DNA of 64,000 bases from Raillietiella orientalis. Its lineage: Eukaryota. Every line of letters begins with the position of its first letter. The first letter of the stretch is position 1. Location of the stretch: NCBI GenBank assembly GCA_036172245.1, contig JAYWIR010000006.1:5828001-5892000 (forward strand), given 5' to 3'. The position numbers and the translations under genes were made by a program. This document shows positions 1 to 14,211 of the stretch, one piece after another. The notes below the pieces were generated by a model, which had not been told where the DNA came from, did no database searches, and saw nothing but the letters and a program-made list of their open reading frames with translations.

Positions 1-1330
1 AGGGTACCCTCATCTGTAGGGGAGTCAAGGCACCACCGCCATGGGAGTCGCCTGGGGCATCCTTCGCTCTTGGTCAGGTCATTTCGCCCTTGTGCGCCGA
101 AGACGTTCGTCGGTAGGGGAGAGAGGGATGGGTTGAGCGCTTTGAGGTTGGCGACGCCGCACGAGTCCTGCGAGCAGGTGGCGCCCGTCCTCCTAGTCGG
201 GTGCCACGACCCCGATGGGAACTGATCGCGCTCCCCCACTCTGGGGGATATTCGTCCGCCAGTCGTCCCGCTGCGCGGACGAGGTCCTCTCTGAATTGGG
301 CGGCGGCGGCGTGACTTCCTCCGAAGCGTGGAGCTGACAGAGGCCATGGTCTTGCTGCTTGTTGCCGTTCCGGAGGGACCCGTGTCGGGATGGGGGATCG
401 CCATCCTGTGGAGTGGTCGAGGTGGCGCTGGATCGGTGGCTCGAGCCTGAGGGGGCCGTTGGCATGGGAACCGCTCGAGCGGGTGGTCTCCGGAGGGCAC
501 CCGTGGGAAGCGGGCGATCCTGGGCGCGCGGACGCCGGATTCCGGTTTTACCCGAGGCTCGTCCGACTCTCCAGTGGGGGATCTCCTGACGGGGCTGCTG
601 TTTTTTGTGGCTCCGCGTGGGCCTGGTACTGCTGCTCTTTCAAGTTGGCTGCTAAGTCCCCCTCACATTCGAGTTATGCGCACGCCCACTGTGCGACGGA
701 CGGGCACGGCTTCCCGTCTTCGTTGCATAAGGTAGCGCATCCGAGAAAGTGAAGTGGTGGAAATTCCCTTCAGTTTGCGACGGATGAGGGGGAGGAGGGT
801 TGAAAGGATCACTGGGCCTACGTGCAGGGAAATGATGGGAGGTGGGGGCCCTTTGAAAGCGTGAGGGGACGGACGTGGTCAAGCGACCCCAGGTGGAAAA
901 GGAATGTGCGTGGAGCGCGTGCTGATTTGCCAATTTTTATGGAACGGGCGCTGCATCTCCAATGGGGTCTTGGCTGACCTCTGGAAGTCACATGCTGTTG
1001 CCTCGAAGGAGCGATTCCCTCAAAGACTTGGTTACTAAAGGGACCAAAGGTGATCGCCATGGTGCTCTGGCGTCCGTTGAACTCCTCTGGTGTGGTGGGC
1101 GCTGCCTCGCTGTCCAAACTCGGGGTGTGCTGAGGGGTGTTGGTGCTCGTTTGGACAGAAGCGAAGACGAAACTGCCGATGGTTCTGGGCTGGCAGATGG
1201 CGCTTTTCGGATAGGAATTCGCTCGGGGAGGGGGGAGGATCGGATGGGACTTCTCGTAGAGCCAGCGAGAGCCGGCCAAGGAGCGGAGGAAAGAGTTTGA
1301 CCACCACCTGCGGCTGGTCATCAGGAAGGG
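1..1330 (-). mobile_element. Decayed L1/Tx1-like LINE fragment (ORF1 zinc-knuckle region to start of ORF2 endonuclease)
   Basis: Minus strand reads RGQPRPHWRC (cf. ORF1 YxGQPxxCxxC) and FHLGSLDHVR (knuckle relic). Near 100-150 it reads KALNP...TNVFG, matching QALNP..ANVRG at 58070. Confidence 0.45.
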
Positions 1331-1859
1331 TAAGGAGGTTGGGGTGGAGCGAGGCGGCAGACGGGCATCCCGGCTTCTCGAGGAAGTCCCGGAGGGAGCC
1401 GCATGCGCGGAGAGTTGAGGTGGCGAGGCGCCTCCAGCGCCACGGCGGCGGCGGCGGCGGGGTTCGCTTCCGAGAGGGCTCTTTCCTCCGCCCTCCCTCC
1501 CTGCAGCCCGCGCCGCCCCGGGCTGACTCCCGGGAGAGTCAAAGCGCCACGTCGAGGCCGTACTCTTTCCGTGAGGCTGCTCCAGGCGGTCTACGGGAAC
1601 CTGGAGGCGGCTCCTGCGTAGAGCGACCGGACCAGCGAGGCCAGCGGTCGCTGGCGCGGCTGCCCCGCGCGAGACGCCGGGTCCCTTTGGCGGAGAAAAT
1701 CGGGCGAGGGGGGGGGGGGAACACGCAAAAAACTCTTTCCCCTTCCTTCCCGATGAAGCCTGTCCGACTGCTGAGATCTCTCGGAAGAGCTGCGGCCCTT
1801 ATCCGACGCGGTGCCGGTCAGAATCCCAGTGTGGGCGTCTCGAAAGATCACAAAAGTAA

Positions 1860-3075
1860 ATAAATATGCTGATTGTATGCCTTAATATATATATTCTTGT
1901 ATGAATTGGTTACATATTTATTTTAATGTGCATATGCTTAGTATTTGTTAAGATACATTTTATTGATATTAACATTATTCTAACATATACGTTTATTAAT
2001 ATGCGAGCATATATGTTTATAGAATTTATTTTAACACATATATTGATATGATTAATAATGTATTACTGATACATGTTTTTTAAATTCTAAATATATACAT
2101 ATGTGCTTATCATGTATTAGTATATACAATAATATATAGATTAATATACCAATTTAATCTAACAAAATATTTATTATTCTTTAATAATATAATTAACAAT
2201 ATGTATTAGTAGATGTTTCCATATATATATACTCTTATGTATTCTATGAATATTTGTACATATATTTCTAGGTGTACTTCTATGGATATATCTCTCTATA
2301 TTTCTATATGGACTCTTATATATATTTTTGTGCACGTTCCTACATATACTTCTATATATGATAAATACATCTTAAATGAATAGATTAATATCGAATTAGG
2401 AAAAATAAGAAACAATGGGAACAATCAAAAATGGTGGACAAAACACACACAAAAAGGAAATTTTCGATTTCATTTTCTAACTCTCGACAAATGTCTTTCC
2501 TCAGGAAATGATGAATTCTGCTTTCGGGATTTCTATCGTATAAATTAAATGCATAAGTGTACCTATGCAATGAATATATAAAATATCGAATTATGAACGA
2601 TTAACATCTTGAAAACAGATTGCGTCATTTCCTAAGGAAGTGGCATTTATTGAGAGCTGGTAAACGAATTACGAGATTTTTCTTTTTTAGTTTTCTTAAT
2701 TTGATTCCTTCTTTGTTAAAGATTATACAAATGTATGTTCATCACGTATATTAACACACATTTATACATGTGTTAAGTATATACTTTTCAATTTATGTAT
2801 ATTTTAAGTACTCACAGTATACTTTTAATGAGTGTGTACTATCTTGAATATATTAAGGCATGTTATTGAGTATATTTATAAATATGCATGTTAAAATAAA
2901 TTTGCATACTAATCTATACCTACATATGCACGAGAATATTTTGTACTTTTTATGATGTATTTTATTATCTTTACTAATGAATATAAATAATTAAATTAAT
3001 TAAAATATTAGTAAATATGGATAGATAGATTAAATAGATATATTAGTAAATAGATAATCTATGTAATGACCATAT
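1860..3075. repeat. AT-rich island 1 with inward-facing border motifs and two inverted core cassettes
   Basis: Abrupt AT-rich tract. Borders cgaaagatcacaaaa (1841-1855) and ttttatgatctttcgcgatttcggcg (3075-3100) are inverted relative to each other. Cores at ~2387-2550 (+) and ~2581-2706 (-) are homologous to 23851-24035. Confidence 0.75.
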
Positions 3076-6000
3076 TTTATGATCTTTCGCGATTTCGGCG
3101 TGCGGGATCTCCAACGTGACCCCGTGTCTGGTAGGAAACGTGCGCTGGGCAGCGGTCACGGCGATGGCCCCATCGGCGCTTGTGTGACGCAAGCGACTCC
3201 GGTGTGTTGCAAGGCACAGCGGAAGGAAAAGAAAGGAACCCAGCGGGGCCCGAGGCGACCACCGAGCACCGCGGATGAAATCGGCTGTTTCCAAGGAGAC
3301 CCGGGAAACTCGTTGCTCACCAGAGACCACGGAGTAGAGGGTTCGCGGACTGGTCAGGGGTCAGGGCTGGATTTGGGGGACCGGAAAGCCGGGGAAGGGG
3401 GAGTGAGCTACTCCCTACTGTCTTCTCAGGAGCCGTGGCTGCCCCGCGAGGCGGCGGGCCGGGCCGGAGGGAGGGGAGAACCGTGCAGGTGGAGAGGCGC
3501 GTGCTGTCTGCGCACGGGATTCGGCTCCGAAAGTGCGCCCGCGCGACCTGCGCTTGCAGGAGGGGCCGCGCGTCAGCTTCCCCCCACCCCCATTCGCGCA
3601 CGCACGCGCCTGACGTCATCGAGAAGGGGGGACATCCAGCGCCTGCCCCGAGTGCGGCGATCGAGGGGGGAGGGGAGAAAGGAGCACGTCCGGCTGCCCT
3701 TTCGGGACGAGGGCGAAGCCTTCGACTTCCCGCCGAGTCGGAAGGGATCCAAAAGGACGCGGATCACCCAGCAAGGCCACTCGACCGGGCCGGACCCGCG
3801 GAAACAGGTGGCAGGAACGCTCGCCCGCTTTGCTTAGCAACGGACTCCTGCGATCCGGAGCGGCGCCCTCCGCCTTGCCCGCCGGGGGGCTGTGCTGCTC
3901 GCTGGCGATTTCTGGAGCGGTTTTCCGCGGCGCGCCGACCCTGTCCCGTCTCCACCGGGAGATGTCCTGAGAACATCGCGTGCGCAGGACACGTCCGCTT
4001 CTTCTTATCTCGTGGCTGCTGCGGAAGTGATCGCCGCCCGCGACGGCAGGAGGCGGTGACCTCGGGGAGAGACTGTCGGACCGTGCTCTCCGGCAGGGAG
4101 GATGCACGGGGAGGGTCCTCCGCCCTTCCATCCCCCCTTGAAGAGAGTGCCTCTGGGAGGAGAAGATGCGCGACGGGATGACGCGACGCCTTCTCGCACC
4201 CTCAGGGGTTCCCAGGAGCGCAGGGTCGCGGAGCGCTTCCCCGTGAGAGGAGGGGACACAGCAGCTCTCTGGCTGGTCCCTCCCCTGACCGCCGCCGCCC
4301 CCTGGAGGGGATTCGCGGACCGCCGGACCTCCCGTACCCCTTCCTTCCCCCTGCACCTCAGTGGCGCGAGCTGCACCTCCCCTCCCGGGAGTCGCACAGC
4401 TCGTTCCTGTCTCACTGCCCCAGGGAGGCACCCCTCTGACCTTAGTGGGGTGGAGCCAAGGTCCGACGAAGATTCCCGCGACCCGAGGGCTCGTCGAGGG
4501 ATCAGAGGAGAAAGGAGAGAGACTGCTTCCCCCATGCTGTGGCCGCCGATCAGGTCCATAGGCTGTATGAAGAAATCTTGCCCCGGATGGTGCTTCAGGG
4601 TGCCCTGGAAGCGACAGGCCGGTCAGCTCCAGGCGGCGCGCAGCAGCTTCACCCCCTACCCGTCTCGCAGCATCCCCTGGCCGAGCCGAGAAGCCGCCTG
4701 CCGACGGGTGGGGAGGCGAGGAGGAGGGAAAGCCAACTGGGAAGCAGGGGGAGGGGTGGACTGCCCAGGGGAGTTCGGTGGGGTGCCCGAGGGCGTGGGA
4801 AGGGTGAGGTGGAGTCGCGATCGACCGAGATTTTCCGTGGTCCTCTCAACCCTGCTCGGATCGCCCTCACCCCGCTACACGCTCAGGAGATGGCGTCCTT
4901 GACCGCCCTTCTTCCATATCGGCGGTCGCCCTGGAGGAGGACCGCTGGCCACGGGACAGCCGGCGGGAAGGAATGGCCGAGGCGCCCTCCGAGATGTGCA
5001 CCCGTCCCCGGAGCAGCCTCCGGAGAGTTCCGGCAGCGCTGGTGGCGGCGGCGATTCCTCGGTGGAGTCCCTCCACACAGGAAAGGGGAGGGGGAGGGGG
5101 AGGCAGTCAGGGAACGCGGGGGATCTTGATCCGCTCCGGTCCGGGCAAGTACTCAGGCGACTGTGCGATCCAGACGAGGCTGCCTCTCTCGCCCGGGCGC
5201 TCCTCGGACCCCAGGGAAACGGCAAAGAAAGGCGGCGGCGGGGAACTCCCAGTCCTGCCACGTCCAGGTTCGCTCGGAAAGATGCCGAGATGAGGAGGAT
5301 CGCCTAGGAAACCTGGAAGAGGAGATGGGGGGGGGGGGAAAGAGGAAGAAGAAGAAGAAAAATGATGAGAACGGCCTCACTCCTCTAACAGATGCCGACA
5401 GCTTCCGGGCGGATGAGGCCGCCTTGCAGAGGGAGTGCTCAACGGCGGAACCTCCGGGGACAACCCGGCGCGTTACCGGAGGAGACGGAGGGCAAGCGGG
5501 CGGTTTCGACCCCTGAACTGAGGATGTCCTTACCAGATGGCCTCCCTCCATCGCGGGCGTAGCTTTCGGCCTCGGCCCCTCCTCACGCGAGGGGCCGTCC
5601 CAGCAGGTCGCCGCCAGGCGTTCCGAGGGCACCGGAGGGCAGAAGTGGCGCTGTGAGGTGCTGGGAGTGGAGCCCCCCTTGGGCAGCCTCCGCCTTCCTT
5701 CCGCAGAGCTCCGCAGATGCCCGGGATCTTCCCCTCGCTTTCCTCCTGCAGCCCCTCCGGCTGGAAGAGCGAAGGGAAGCTGTGCCCTAGGCCGCCCACG
5801 CGCGAAAGGCCAAGCGATTAGAGAAGGAGCGGTGCCGGCGATCGCTCAGGGGTCCAGGGAGGCTGAAGGGGAGCGACGGGGGAGGGCAGGCCTTGTGCCC
5901 ACGTCTCTGCTTTTTGGTCCCCTTGGGCTGGCTGCACTCGCGGCCCGGCATGGGCCTCCCTCGGACCGAGTCGTTGCCCCGCAACGGGCATCCTCCCGCA

Positions 6001-6399
6001 CGGTCAGTCGAGCGGAAGCCGCGGATGCCCAGGGCACCCCTCCAGCGAAGCCGGTGGGTCGGAAAAGAGCCCGCAGGTGACACGGTGAGCGCGCGTCAGA
6101 CCCTGAGCGCCGGATCGCTTCCGGGAAAGTCTCCCGGCTCCCGTGAGGCGTCAACTGGCGACCTATCTCTCCGGGAGGTCACCTCGACTTCCTCCGGGTC
6201 TCTGATCGCCCTCCGCCGCAGCGGCTGCGGAACGGTGCGCTCTCCAGCGGCGGCGAAGCGAAGTAGAGCATCGGAGACGACGAGTCCGCGCGTAGATCCC
6301 AGTGGCGTCAACAACGGGCGGGGGAGGCGCGTCCGCTGCGCACCTCATTTCTTAAAACGAGGACGATCAGGGAAGCCACTTTTGTTGTTGCTGTACTTC

Positions 6400-7200
6400 T
6401 TCTTCTTCATGGTGAAGCGGATCCTATCTTATTCTTTGGAAATTGAACTCTGATCTCAATGACTTTCCTCCTCCTCGCTCCCCCTAGATTCGCCAGTGCC
6501 TTTTTTTGTAGCTTCCAGGGACTCTGCTCCCGCCTCGGTACGACACAGTGGCAGCAGTGGCGGCGGTCAGGAGGCGACTCAAGAGGAAGGGTAGGTCTCT
6601 GGTAGCCAGAGGGTGTAGGGTCACGAAGCTCCATAAGGGGAGGGACGAATACAGGCAGCTGTGGGTGGAGCAGGAACTGCTGCCTTCGTTGTTGCGGGGG
6701 TTCTCAAGGGTCACTCCCTTACGGACCGCGGGTTTGGTCACGGAAAGAGCGGCTGACGAAGCAGTACCGAATGAAAATATGATGGGTCTTGAAAACCTAC
6801 AAACCTCTACCGCAGGAGGAGCAGTTCCCGGGCGATACCGCCACTTTCGTCGTGATCGAAGGGTCGCAGGACATCGACCAGGCGTTTCCTCCCTCGCGTT
6901 CCTCCTCCCCCTTCTCCATCCTCCGGACATCCCATCCTCCCTGGGAGCCACCGATTTCCCGAGGGCTAGGCGGACTCCACAGTGGCTCAGACTGCATCCT
7001 AAAGGCCCCATTCCTCCTTCCCATTTGAGACTGTTCCCTTCTCTGAGACCTCCGGCGCTTCCACTCCGGGGTCACCATGAGAACGACCGAGACTCCTACT
7101 GGCCTGGAAATCCATCCCGCCAAAATTCGCTTCCCGGAAATCCACTCTCTCAGAGGACCTGAAATCCAGACGCGTACCGCTCACTCGTCCCCCTACCCCT
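6400..7200 (+). mobile_element. Decayed LINE ORF1 (gag-like) fragment
   Basis: GPIPPSHLRL followed by a frameshifted knuckle relic (cgc ttc cac tcc / ggt cac cat gag aac gac = xFHx..GHHENDx) resembling the other ORF1 relics in the window. Confidence 0.4.
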
Positions 7201-7895
7201 TCTTTCCGCGTGAATCCGTGGCAGCATCCCTGGACGAGGGATGCCGCCATGGAGGGGGGCTGCTTCCAGAGGGGTGGAAGTGGCTCGAGTCTGCTTCTTT
7301 GCTTCCTTATTCACTCCCTCCACGAAGGCTGACTCCAGGACGCGGACGAGGCCGAATCACGGCGGCGTCGGTCAGCATGATGGGGCTCCACGTGGGCCGC
7401 TGCTTCCTACCACCGGAGATCGCAGCTTGCGGTGCGGCAGGAGATCCGCTGATGTTCTTCCCACAGGGCAGCGATGACCTGGGATCTCCGTTGCGAGCCG
7501 GAAGCGACGCCGTTCCCTCGCAACCGACCGCGCGCACGCTTCGGGACTTGGTGAGCAGGTGCTGCATCCAGTCCTCGACCATCCCAAGGCCACCACCCTC
7601 AAGTGAATTTTCATCTTCGGCGCGAAGATGCTGAGCCCTGAATTCCTTCGTGATCTCTGAAACAAACCGTCGGCCTTGCGGCTCCTTCTAGGGCTTTCCT
7701 CAGGAGGCCCTCCGCCCCTGCCGCTTCTCCCCGTATGGAGGGAGCGACACAGAAAAAAAGGAGGCCGGAGAAAAGAAGCGACGTCCCTTATGGGGACCCC
7801 TTCCAGCAAACGAAGCGCGCCATCTTGCAGAGGCGCCAGTGCCATCTGGAGCATTAGCAAAGTTGCAGCGATGGGAACGCCTGGGAAACCCACCT

Positions 7896-8656
7896 GCTCG
7901 CGTTGGCTGTCCCGTGCGGCTGCTGCCTCCGCTCATGGCACCACCAAGCATCGCGGGTTCGAATCCTGCCCGGGGCGAAGGACCGACGCCGAGGAGTGGG
8001 TATGTCGTGGGTGCAAGTCCCCTCCCACCACAGAATGGTGCTGGTTGGCCTATTCGGGTGCACAGTGGCTGGAAAGAGGGTGCTTCTGCTGTCCGGCAGG
8101 GATTGGAAGTTGACCCTTCGTGGTCCCTTCCAGGAACCAAAATGTCCTTCCAAGTTCCCCTCCAGTTGTGAAAAGGGAGTCATCCCCTCTCCACAGGGGG
8201 AGAGGGGGAATATCCTTATTCGCGTACCATGGAACTGGTTGATTCCTCCCTCGAAGGGCCACCTGCCCTGGGTGCTAGAAGCGCACCTTTCCTTTCGGGG
8301 AGCGCCCTTCAGAGAAATCGGGAGGCGCCACTCCGGGGTTCTCTTCAGAGGAGGAAACCAGGAAAGGGTACTTTTCCGGAATCCCCCGGAGAGAACAAGG
8401 AATTCTCTTCGGGGGTCCCCGTATTAAGTTCAAGAGGAACAGACTCCTTCCTCCGGAGCCTTCCTGGATTCATAGGGTGGTCCCCTCCCGGGTATACCCT
8501 ATCTTGAAGAGTCACACGTACCCTCGGGTGGAGTGGACAGTGTCAAGGAGCTTCGTGAGCCCTCCTCCCCTCCCCCGCCCCTAAGGAGGGGAACAGTTCT
8601 CCAGCATTTGCGAACCCAAAAAAGGAAAACTCGAAAAAACAAAAACAAAAACAAAA
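7896..8656 (+). mobile_element. Long tRNA-derived SINE-like repeat, near full-length copy
   Basis: Head gctcgcgttgg, B-box GGTTCGAATCC at 7956-7966, shared body motifs (ggcctattcggg, gattggaagttgaccc, ctcttcagaggaggaaa, gagtcacacgtaccctcgggtg) and an A-rich tail at ~8617-8656. Confidence 0.7.
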
Positions 8657-11600
8657 GCTGGGAGGAAAGCAGCGAAAACAGAAAGACCCCAAAGGATTTC
8701 ATCATTCAAGGCCAACAGTAACTATCTCCCAGTGAAGTCGCTACTGGTCTTTTCATCATCATCATTAATTTAAAAAAAAATCCCAGATTTTCTGAGTGAG
8801 AGCGTGTACGGGAGGGGGGGGGGAGCTCGGTTGCACTCATTTCCGGATCCTCGAACGGGAGAAGCACTGTACAGCTAAATCCTCCTGAATCCAAATCGGG
8901 CACAGACGAGGTGCGAACGCCAAGTTGTTCAGGCACGAATCTTCCGGGCGTTGCTGAAGTTAAAAATAGCTCCGTAAAGGGTGAATCAGCTGTTTGGTCT
9001 CGTGTGGTCTCTGCAGTCATCGTTACTGCCGCCGGCTTCGCGCGACTCCTTCCGACTTTCGAAAAACCTCCGCGAAGAATGTGCGGCCACGACAGGCAGT
9101 CCTCAGCCTGCTTGCCTCTTGCCACCCTGGCTTCCGGTCCTTCAGTAACCTAAACTTGAGGAAGGGCATCCCAGTAAATGATCTCGTGTGAAATCAGGTG
9201 GCAGAAGAGCCATAACCGGAAGCGGAGGCATGCTCATAATGTTCAGATGCTGCAGGACAGGAATAAAACGCCCAAGTGGATTCCACAAAACAATGAATGA
9301 ATTTGTTTACTTGGTAGTCCTCTGGAAAAAAAAGTGGGTGCCGGCAACGATCCCAAAGAAAGGAAACATTTTCGACGCGGATGTAATTGCCAGAGACAGG
9401 ATACCGATGCTTCGCCCTGATTACCCAGTCTCCCGAGCCACTGCTTCCTTTGGTGTGCTTTCTTATCCTCAATCCGGTCTTGAAGTGATTCCCTGCAAAT
9501 CCTCATGAAATGAAGGATGCTCTGTTTCATATCACCAAAACACGTTCCATGCAGAAAATAAAGGATCATTATAGGTGCCGCGGCAACTTCTCACAGCTCT
9601 CCATTTTTGAACCGTACCCAAACTAATGTTGGGGAGTAAAACCCAACCTTAGGTCCCTCGGAACGTTATGGGCCTTCTAAAGAAAGCTTCCCCTTGACCG
9701 AAAGACTGATCAGAAAGAAAAATTTGCACCGAAAATCGGTAACGAACATCCCATGGAATTCTTGAAATTCTTTAATAACCCGTCGCTTGTACCAACAGTA
9801 CAGCATATACAGGCACGTGGACATAGGCTGAGAGAACGCAAATAGCTAAATGTGTACGTCGAGTGGATAGATGACCGAGCAACACTCTTCAGGTGCTTAG
9901 AGGAGCCTTACTGTGACTCGTCAAAATCAAGTTTGACGGAGTTGCAATAGACTGCCAAGGCTGCTGTTGACGTATTTTAGAAAGTGATGTACGACTGCTT
10001 CCTATGGAAGTGTACTGAACATTGTAATTAAAAATAATTGCCGCAGGTATTCGCGACGAGGTGCGGACTGTTCCGAATTATCTGGCAAGAGTGATTTATT
10101 CTTGTTCCGGGTTCCGACTTCTCTTCTGGTGGTTACTGCATGAGGTGCTCCATTGCTTTCCACTTCCCAGTCGCCTTCGTGATGAAATACTCTTGGGAAA
10201 CGTCTGAAATATTGTGGGCATCTTACAACGGCATTTTGTTTCACAGCATTTCACCATCTTCTGGTCACTTGGCTGCAATCCACTCGCACGGAAGCACTAA
10301 CGTCTTTATCCGTGGAGCAATGCGAGTGATCTCCAGCATTTGGGAATTTCACTGCTTCCCGCAATCAGAAGCCTCTTTTTTTTTTTTTTTTGTTGCTCCC
10401 CAAATTCTATTGATTGGAGAGAAGGAGAGGGAGGGGGGAGGGCGAGCAGAGACGGCATCAAACAGCACTTTCCCATCATTTTCGTGTGGCGTTTCACCAT
10501 GGGGTCACTTTGCAGGCTTGCCATCTCGGAGCAGCCTCTAAAGGAAAAAGTGGGGTTCCTCGGATGGTAGGTGGTGGATGTGGGGACCAGTGCGTTCTTT
10601 TTTGTGGGTCGCTGAGGACACGCGAGGAAAAATAAAAAAAAAAAAAAAAAACGAAGCAGTGGTGGTGGCGGAGCACGGAAGCCCTTTTTTTCACGGTTCC
10701 GCGGCTTTTGTGGCAGACAGGAACAACAACATTCCCCAACGGATGCTGTGTCTCCATCGGTGGGCAAGGCACGGTGGCCAAGGGCGTGCGAGGTGGAAGA
10801 GTCACGGGGGGAAGGTTGCCTCCTTCGAGTTCCCTGTTCCTTCCCTCCGCCCCCATTCCCTCCCGGTACGGGAAAGCAAGTGCTGTGGCGTTGCGTCTTC
10901 TGGGGTGAACGTGAAAGTCACGTCAGTAAGCCAACTTCCCTCCGTGGAGTACCGTGCGAGTGCACCCACGAATTGGGCCAGGAAGTGAATAGGGAACCGA
11001 GCGGACTTCGACGTGGGTTTAGTCAGGACGTGTCTTATAGGGGAATGCATTCTGTGTGAAGAATGGCAGTTGGTGCCACGCCGTTTTTCGAGTCACTTCT
11101 CGTTCGCAAGAAATGTGTTTGAGGTAATGAAAAAAAAAAAAAAACGTAGTAGGACTTTGTGAAGTAGTGGGAAGAAGGTGAGGAGGTATTAGCGTGGATC
11201 TGTGTGTGTGTGGCTTTTTTTTTTCTTCCGGAAAGACGGTTCTCATACCCGTGAGGCCTACCGTGCAGTTTTCATTTCACTTTGGAGGACGACTTTCACA
11301 GAAAAGTAAGTTAGAAATGCATGCACTGTTTTATCTGATAGCAAACAAGTCAACCCACATTGGGAGTATCAGTATGCCTATTCTTATTAAGCAGGATAAT
11401 AAAAAGTTGAAAACAAATGTGCAACATTTAAATGTATGTGAATTAGATACGGTGAAACAACAAAAGGAAAGATTGCACCTGCAATTTTCATTAAAGGTAC
11501 CGCAAGCCTAGACTTTGTTGGTCTCATTATTCGTGCAAAGAAGAATCGCCAACTGTTTTCTCAAACTTCCCTGATATTAGAAATTCAAATGCTTACAAAC

Positions 11601-12278
11601 TCATAAAAATCTTTCTTTAGGCTTGTAAAGTCTGTAAGCGATGTCATGTTGATCCTTTAAGGGGAACTGTTTATACGTTTGTACTGTTTGTACTGTTTGT
11701 TTGTACGTTTTCTTGGTGATGATAATTAAAAAACGGCAAATTATGTATTTGACGAATTTTGTGTATTTTAACTGATTGGTGTTTTCGTTTGATTGGTTTT
11801 CTTTTAAATTCATTTTCATATGGAACGTATGAACTTGAGATTGTGAGGAATAGATGAAATTTAGGAAGGCATGCAACACATCTTTGAATGTGACATAAGA
11901 TCTGTGATTCAGTGTGATCTGTAAGGAGTGATTCATGTGAATGGTGTCAATCATGTGTGGATTTTGAATCATTTTGCATGACAACTTAAGTCTCATTGCA
12001 TCAAGCTATAACTGCACAATTCTTCATATGTTAGTTGGAAAATACCTAGTAGAGATGCTGCAGCAAGCTGTGAGAAAAGGATCTGGAGAATAGCAGATAG
12101 AAGTTGAAAGCTATGCTTTAAATTGACCATTTCCATTCGCGAAAAATGACTATTTTAATTCCAACATCTCGTAATGATCATTGGATGTATTGTAAATGAA
12201 TCATATTTTGGATGAATTCATTCAAGTGTTTAAAAAGAGTGGTAGCTCATGTAATATTTAATATCTATGCATTTCTAG

Positions 12279-12424
12279 GTTTTTGTATCTGAGTGCTTGA
12301 TAATGCTTCCAACTGCAGAACTGCTAACTGCGTTCTGCAGTGAGCTATGTGGCATGAGTGTTGCTATATTGAGTGCAGTCCAAATCTTTGGAGAGATTGC
12401 AAGAAAAGTTAACATTTGAGTGAA
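12279..12424 (+). other. Possible 5' UTR exon of fem-1
   Basis: Acceptor-like atttctag (ending 12278) and donor-like GAA|GTAGGA (12425) would give a 70-nt intron ending at the 12494 acceptor. Splice-site resemblance only. Confidence 0.3.
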
Positions 12425-12495
12425 GTAGGATGTGGGTGATATGGTTGGAATGGTGTATAAGATCTCTTATTTAATTATTTCCTTGATTTTTCAGA

Positions 12496-14211
12496 ATGGC
12501 TAATGAAGTCTTTGAAATCTTAGCAGAAAAAAACATAAATTTGTTTAAAAGAAAACTGTTTTTAGAACTTATTTCCGAATGTAATCATGCCACTTCCAAA
12601 GAACACTTATCATTTGCCTTGTGTTGCAAGTTAAAGAGACTTGATAAAGCTGTCCTCCAAGAGATTGTGTCTTACAAACATGATGGTTGTGCTCCTTTGT
12701 TCATAGCTTGCAAGAATGGAAATTTTCAGATTGTTGATCATCTACTTGGACAATGCTATGCTGATGTAGAGCAGCGTGGGAGGTTTGACGTTCCTGAAGA
12801 CAAATCAGTTCATACTGTTACACCTCTGTGGTGTGCTGCGGTAACTGGTCATCTAGACATTGTTAAATGTCTTGTTTCTCATGGTGCTAACATTAATAGT
12901 GTGTCTGATACAGGTTCTACACCTGTGCGTTCTGCCTGTTTCATGACTCACTATGAAGTTGTATATTACTTAGTCCAGTGTGGTGCTGACATAAGGCTTC
13001 CGAATTTCAGTGGAGGTACTTGTCTCATTAACTCAGTGCAAAGTGTGCCATTATGCAAATTTCTATTGAAACATGGTGCTGATGTGAATGCACAAGATAT
13101 TCAGAAAAAAACTGCACTTCATTATGCTATTCAAGAGCATAGGCTAGAAACTACTCTCTTGTTACTAAAATACGGAGCTGATGCAACTTTACGAAGCCGT
13201 TCTCTAGATGATGCATTGCAGATTGCATGTCTAGAGGGCACAGTTCCCATTTTCGAGTTTCTTGTGCAACTTAGCTGTTATACTTGCAGCAGAGTGGCGG
13301 ATGCATACGAACTCATGGGGTGCACATTTTTGGATGAGCATCATGATTTGCAAGCTGCACTTCTTTTCTGGAAGCAGGCTTTTGACATAAGATCTGCTGC
13401 CTCCATAACCAAAAAAGTGCTCCCTCCTTGTTGCCATTTCCAGTATGTCACTGAATTCACAACTCTGGAGGAGCTAGAAGCTCTGGCAGCTGACCTCGAT
13501 CTGGCAAGGTTGCATAGTCTTCTTATTTGCCGGCGAATACTTGGAAGTCAGCACAAAGATCTTGCTTTCCGTTTAATGTATCGAGGAGCAACTTATGCTG
13601 ATAGTTTATGTTATCAGCGTTGTTGCAACCTATGGCAGTATGCTTTAGAATTGCGCATAGCAAAGGATACCATTTTGTACAGCGATACGTATTTTACAGC
13701 CCAGGCTCTCACAAGACTGTTCTTAGATCTTCCAAAGTACTCAGAAGGCTTCATCAGGGAGGCAATTCAGTTTTACAATGTGTACAGTGTCCTTGAAATG
13801 TTGGTTAAAAATGTTCCACAGGCTATGTGGCTTGTTGCAAGAAAACCTTTGTATTTAAAGCACGAGGAAGGATTAGATCGGATTTTGCGTATTTGCCTGT
13901 ACTTGGTGTATATTCTGTTGAAAATTGAACTCAGTTGTGAACAAGATTATATGTTTAAACGCCTATTGCATGAATTTGTGCAGATGAAACCACGCACGTC
14001 TTCTGGTGATACTTTGCTTCATTTAGCTGTAACAAAGAGTACTGTTATTCAGAATAATAGTGTTTTTGATGAATTTTCTCACTTGACAGTATTCCCTAGT
14101 AGTGAAGTGGTTCAACTTTTGTTAGAATGTGGTTCTGATGTAGATGCCATGAATAAACAGTCGTCGACACCTCTTCTTCTTGCTTCTATATCCAGTAACT
14201 ATAATCCTGAG
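12496..14211 (+). CDS. fem-1: Protein fem-1 homolog (ankyrin-repeat/TPR CRL2 substrate receptor), coding exon 1
   Basis: Long open frame with Fem-1 family ankyrin repeats (GCAPLFIACKNG, VTPLWCAAVTGH, STPVRSACFMTH, KTALHYAIQEH), a TPR-like mid-region (DAYELMGCTF, LMYRGATYAD) and C-terminal ankyrins (GDTLLHLAV). Acceptor ttttcag ends at 12494, one base before the ATG. Phase-0 donor GAG|GTAAGC at 14211/14212. Confidence 0.95.

Noticed and set aside
7896..7980. Functional tRNA genes at the GGTTCGAATCC sites
   Set aside because: No consistent cloverleaf, and each site is followed by the same long repeat body, so these are SINE-like heads.
9188..9990. Possible ancient RT relic (WKK..TIPKKG..DYPVS; WIDD)
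   Set aside because: The motifs are too weak and scattered to call without a profile search.
11601..11996. 131-aa minus-strand ORF upstream of fem-1
   Set aside because: AT-rich, low-complexity translation with no recognisable domain; probably fem-1 upstream or intronic sequence.
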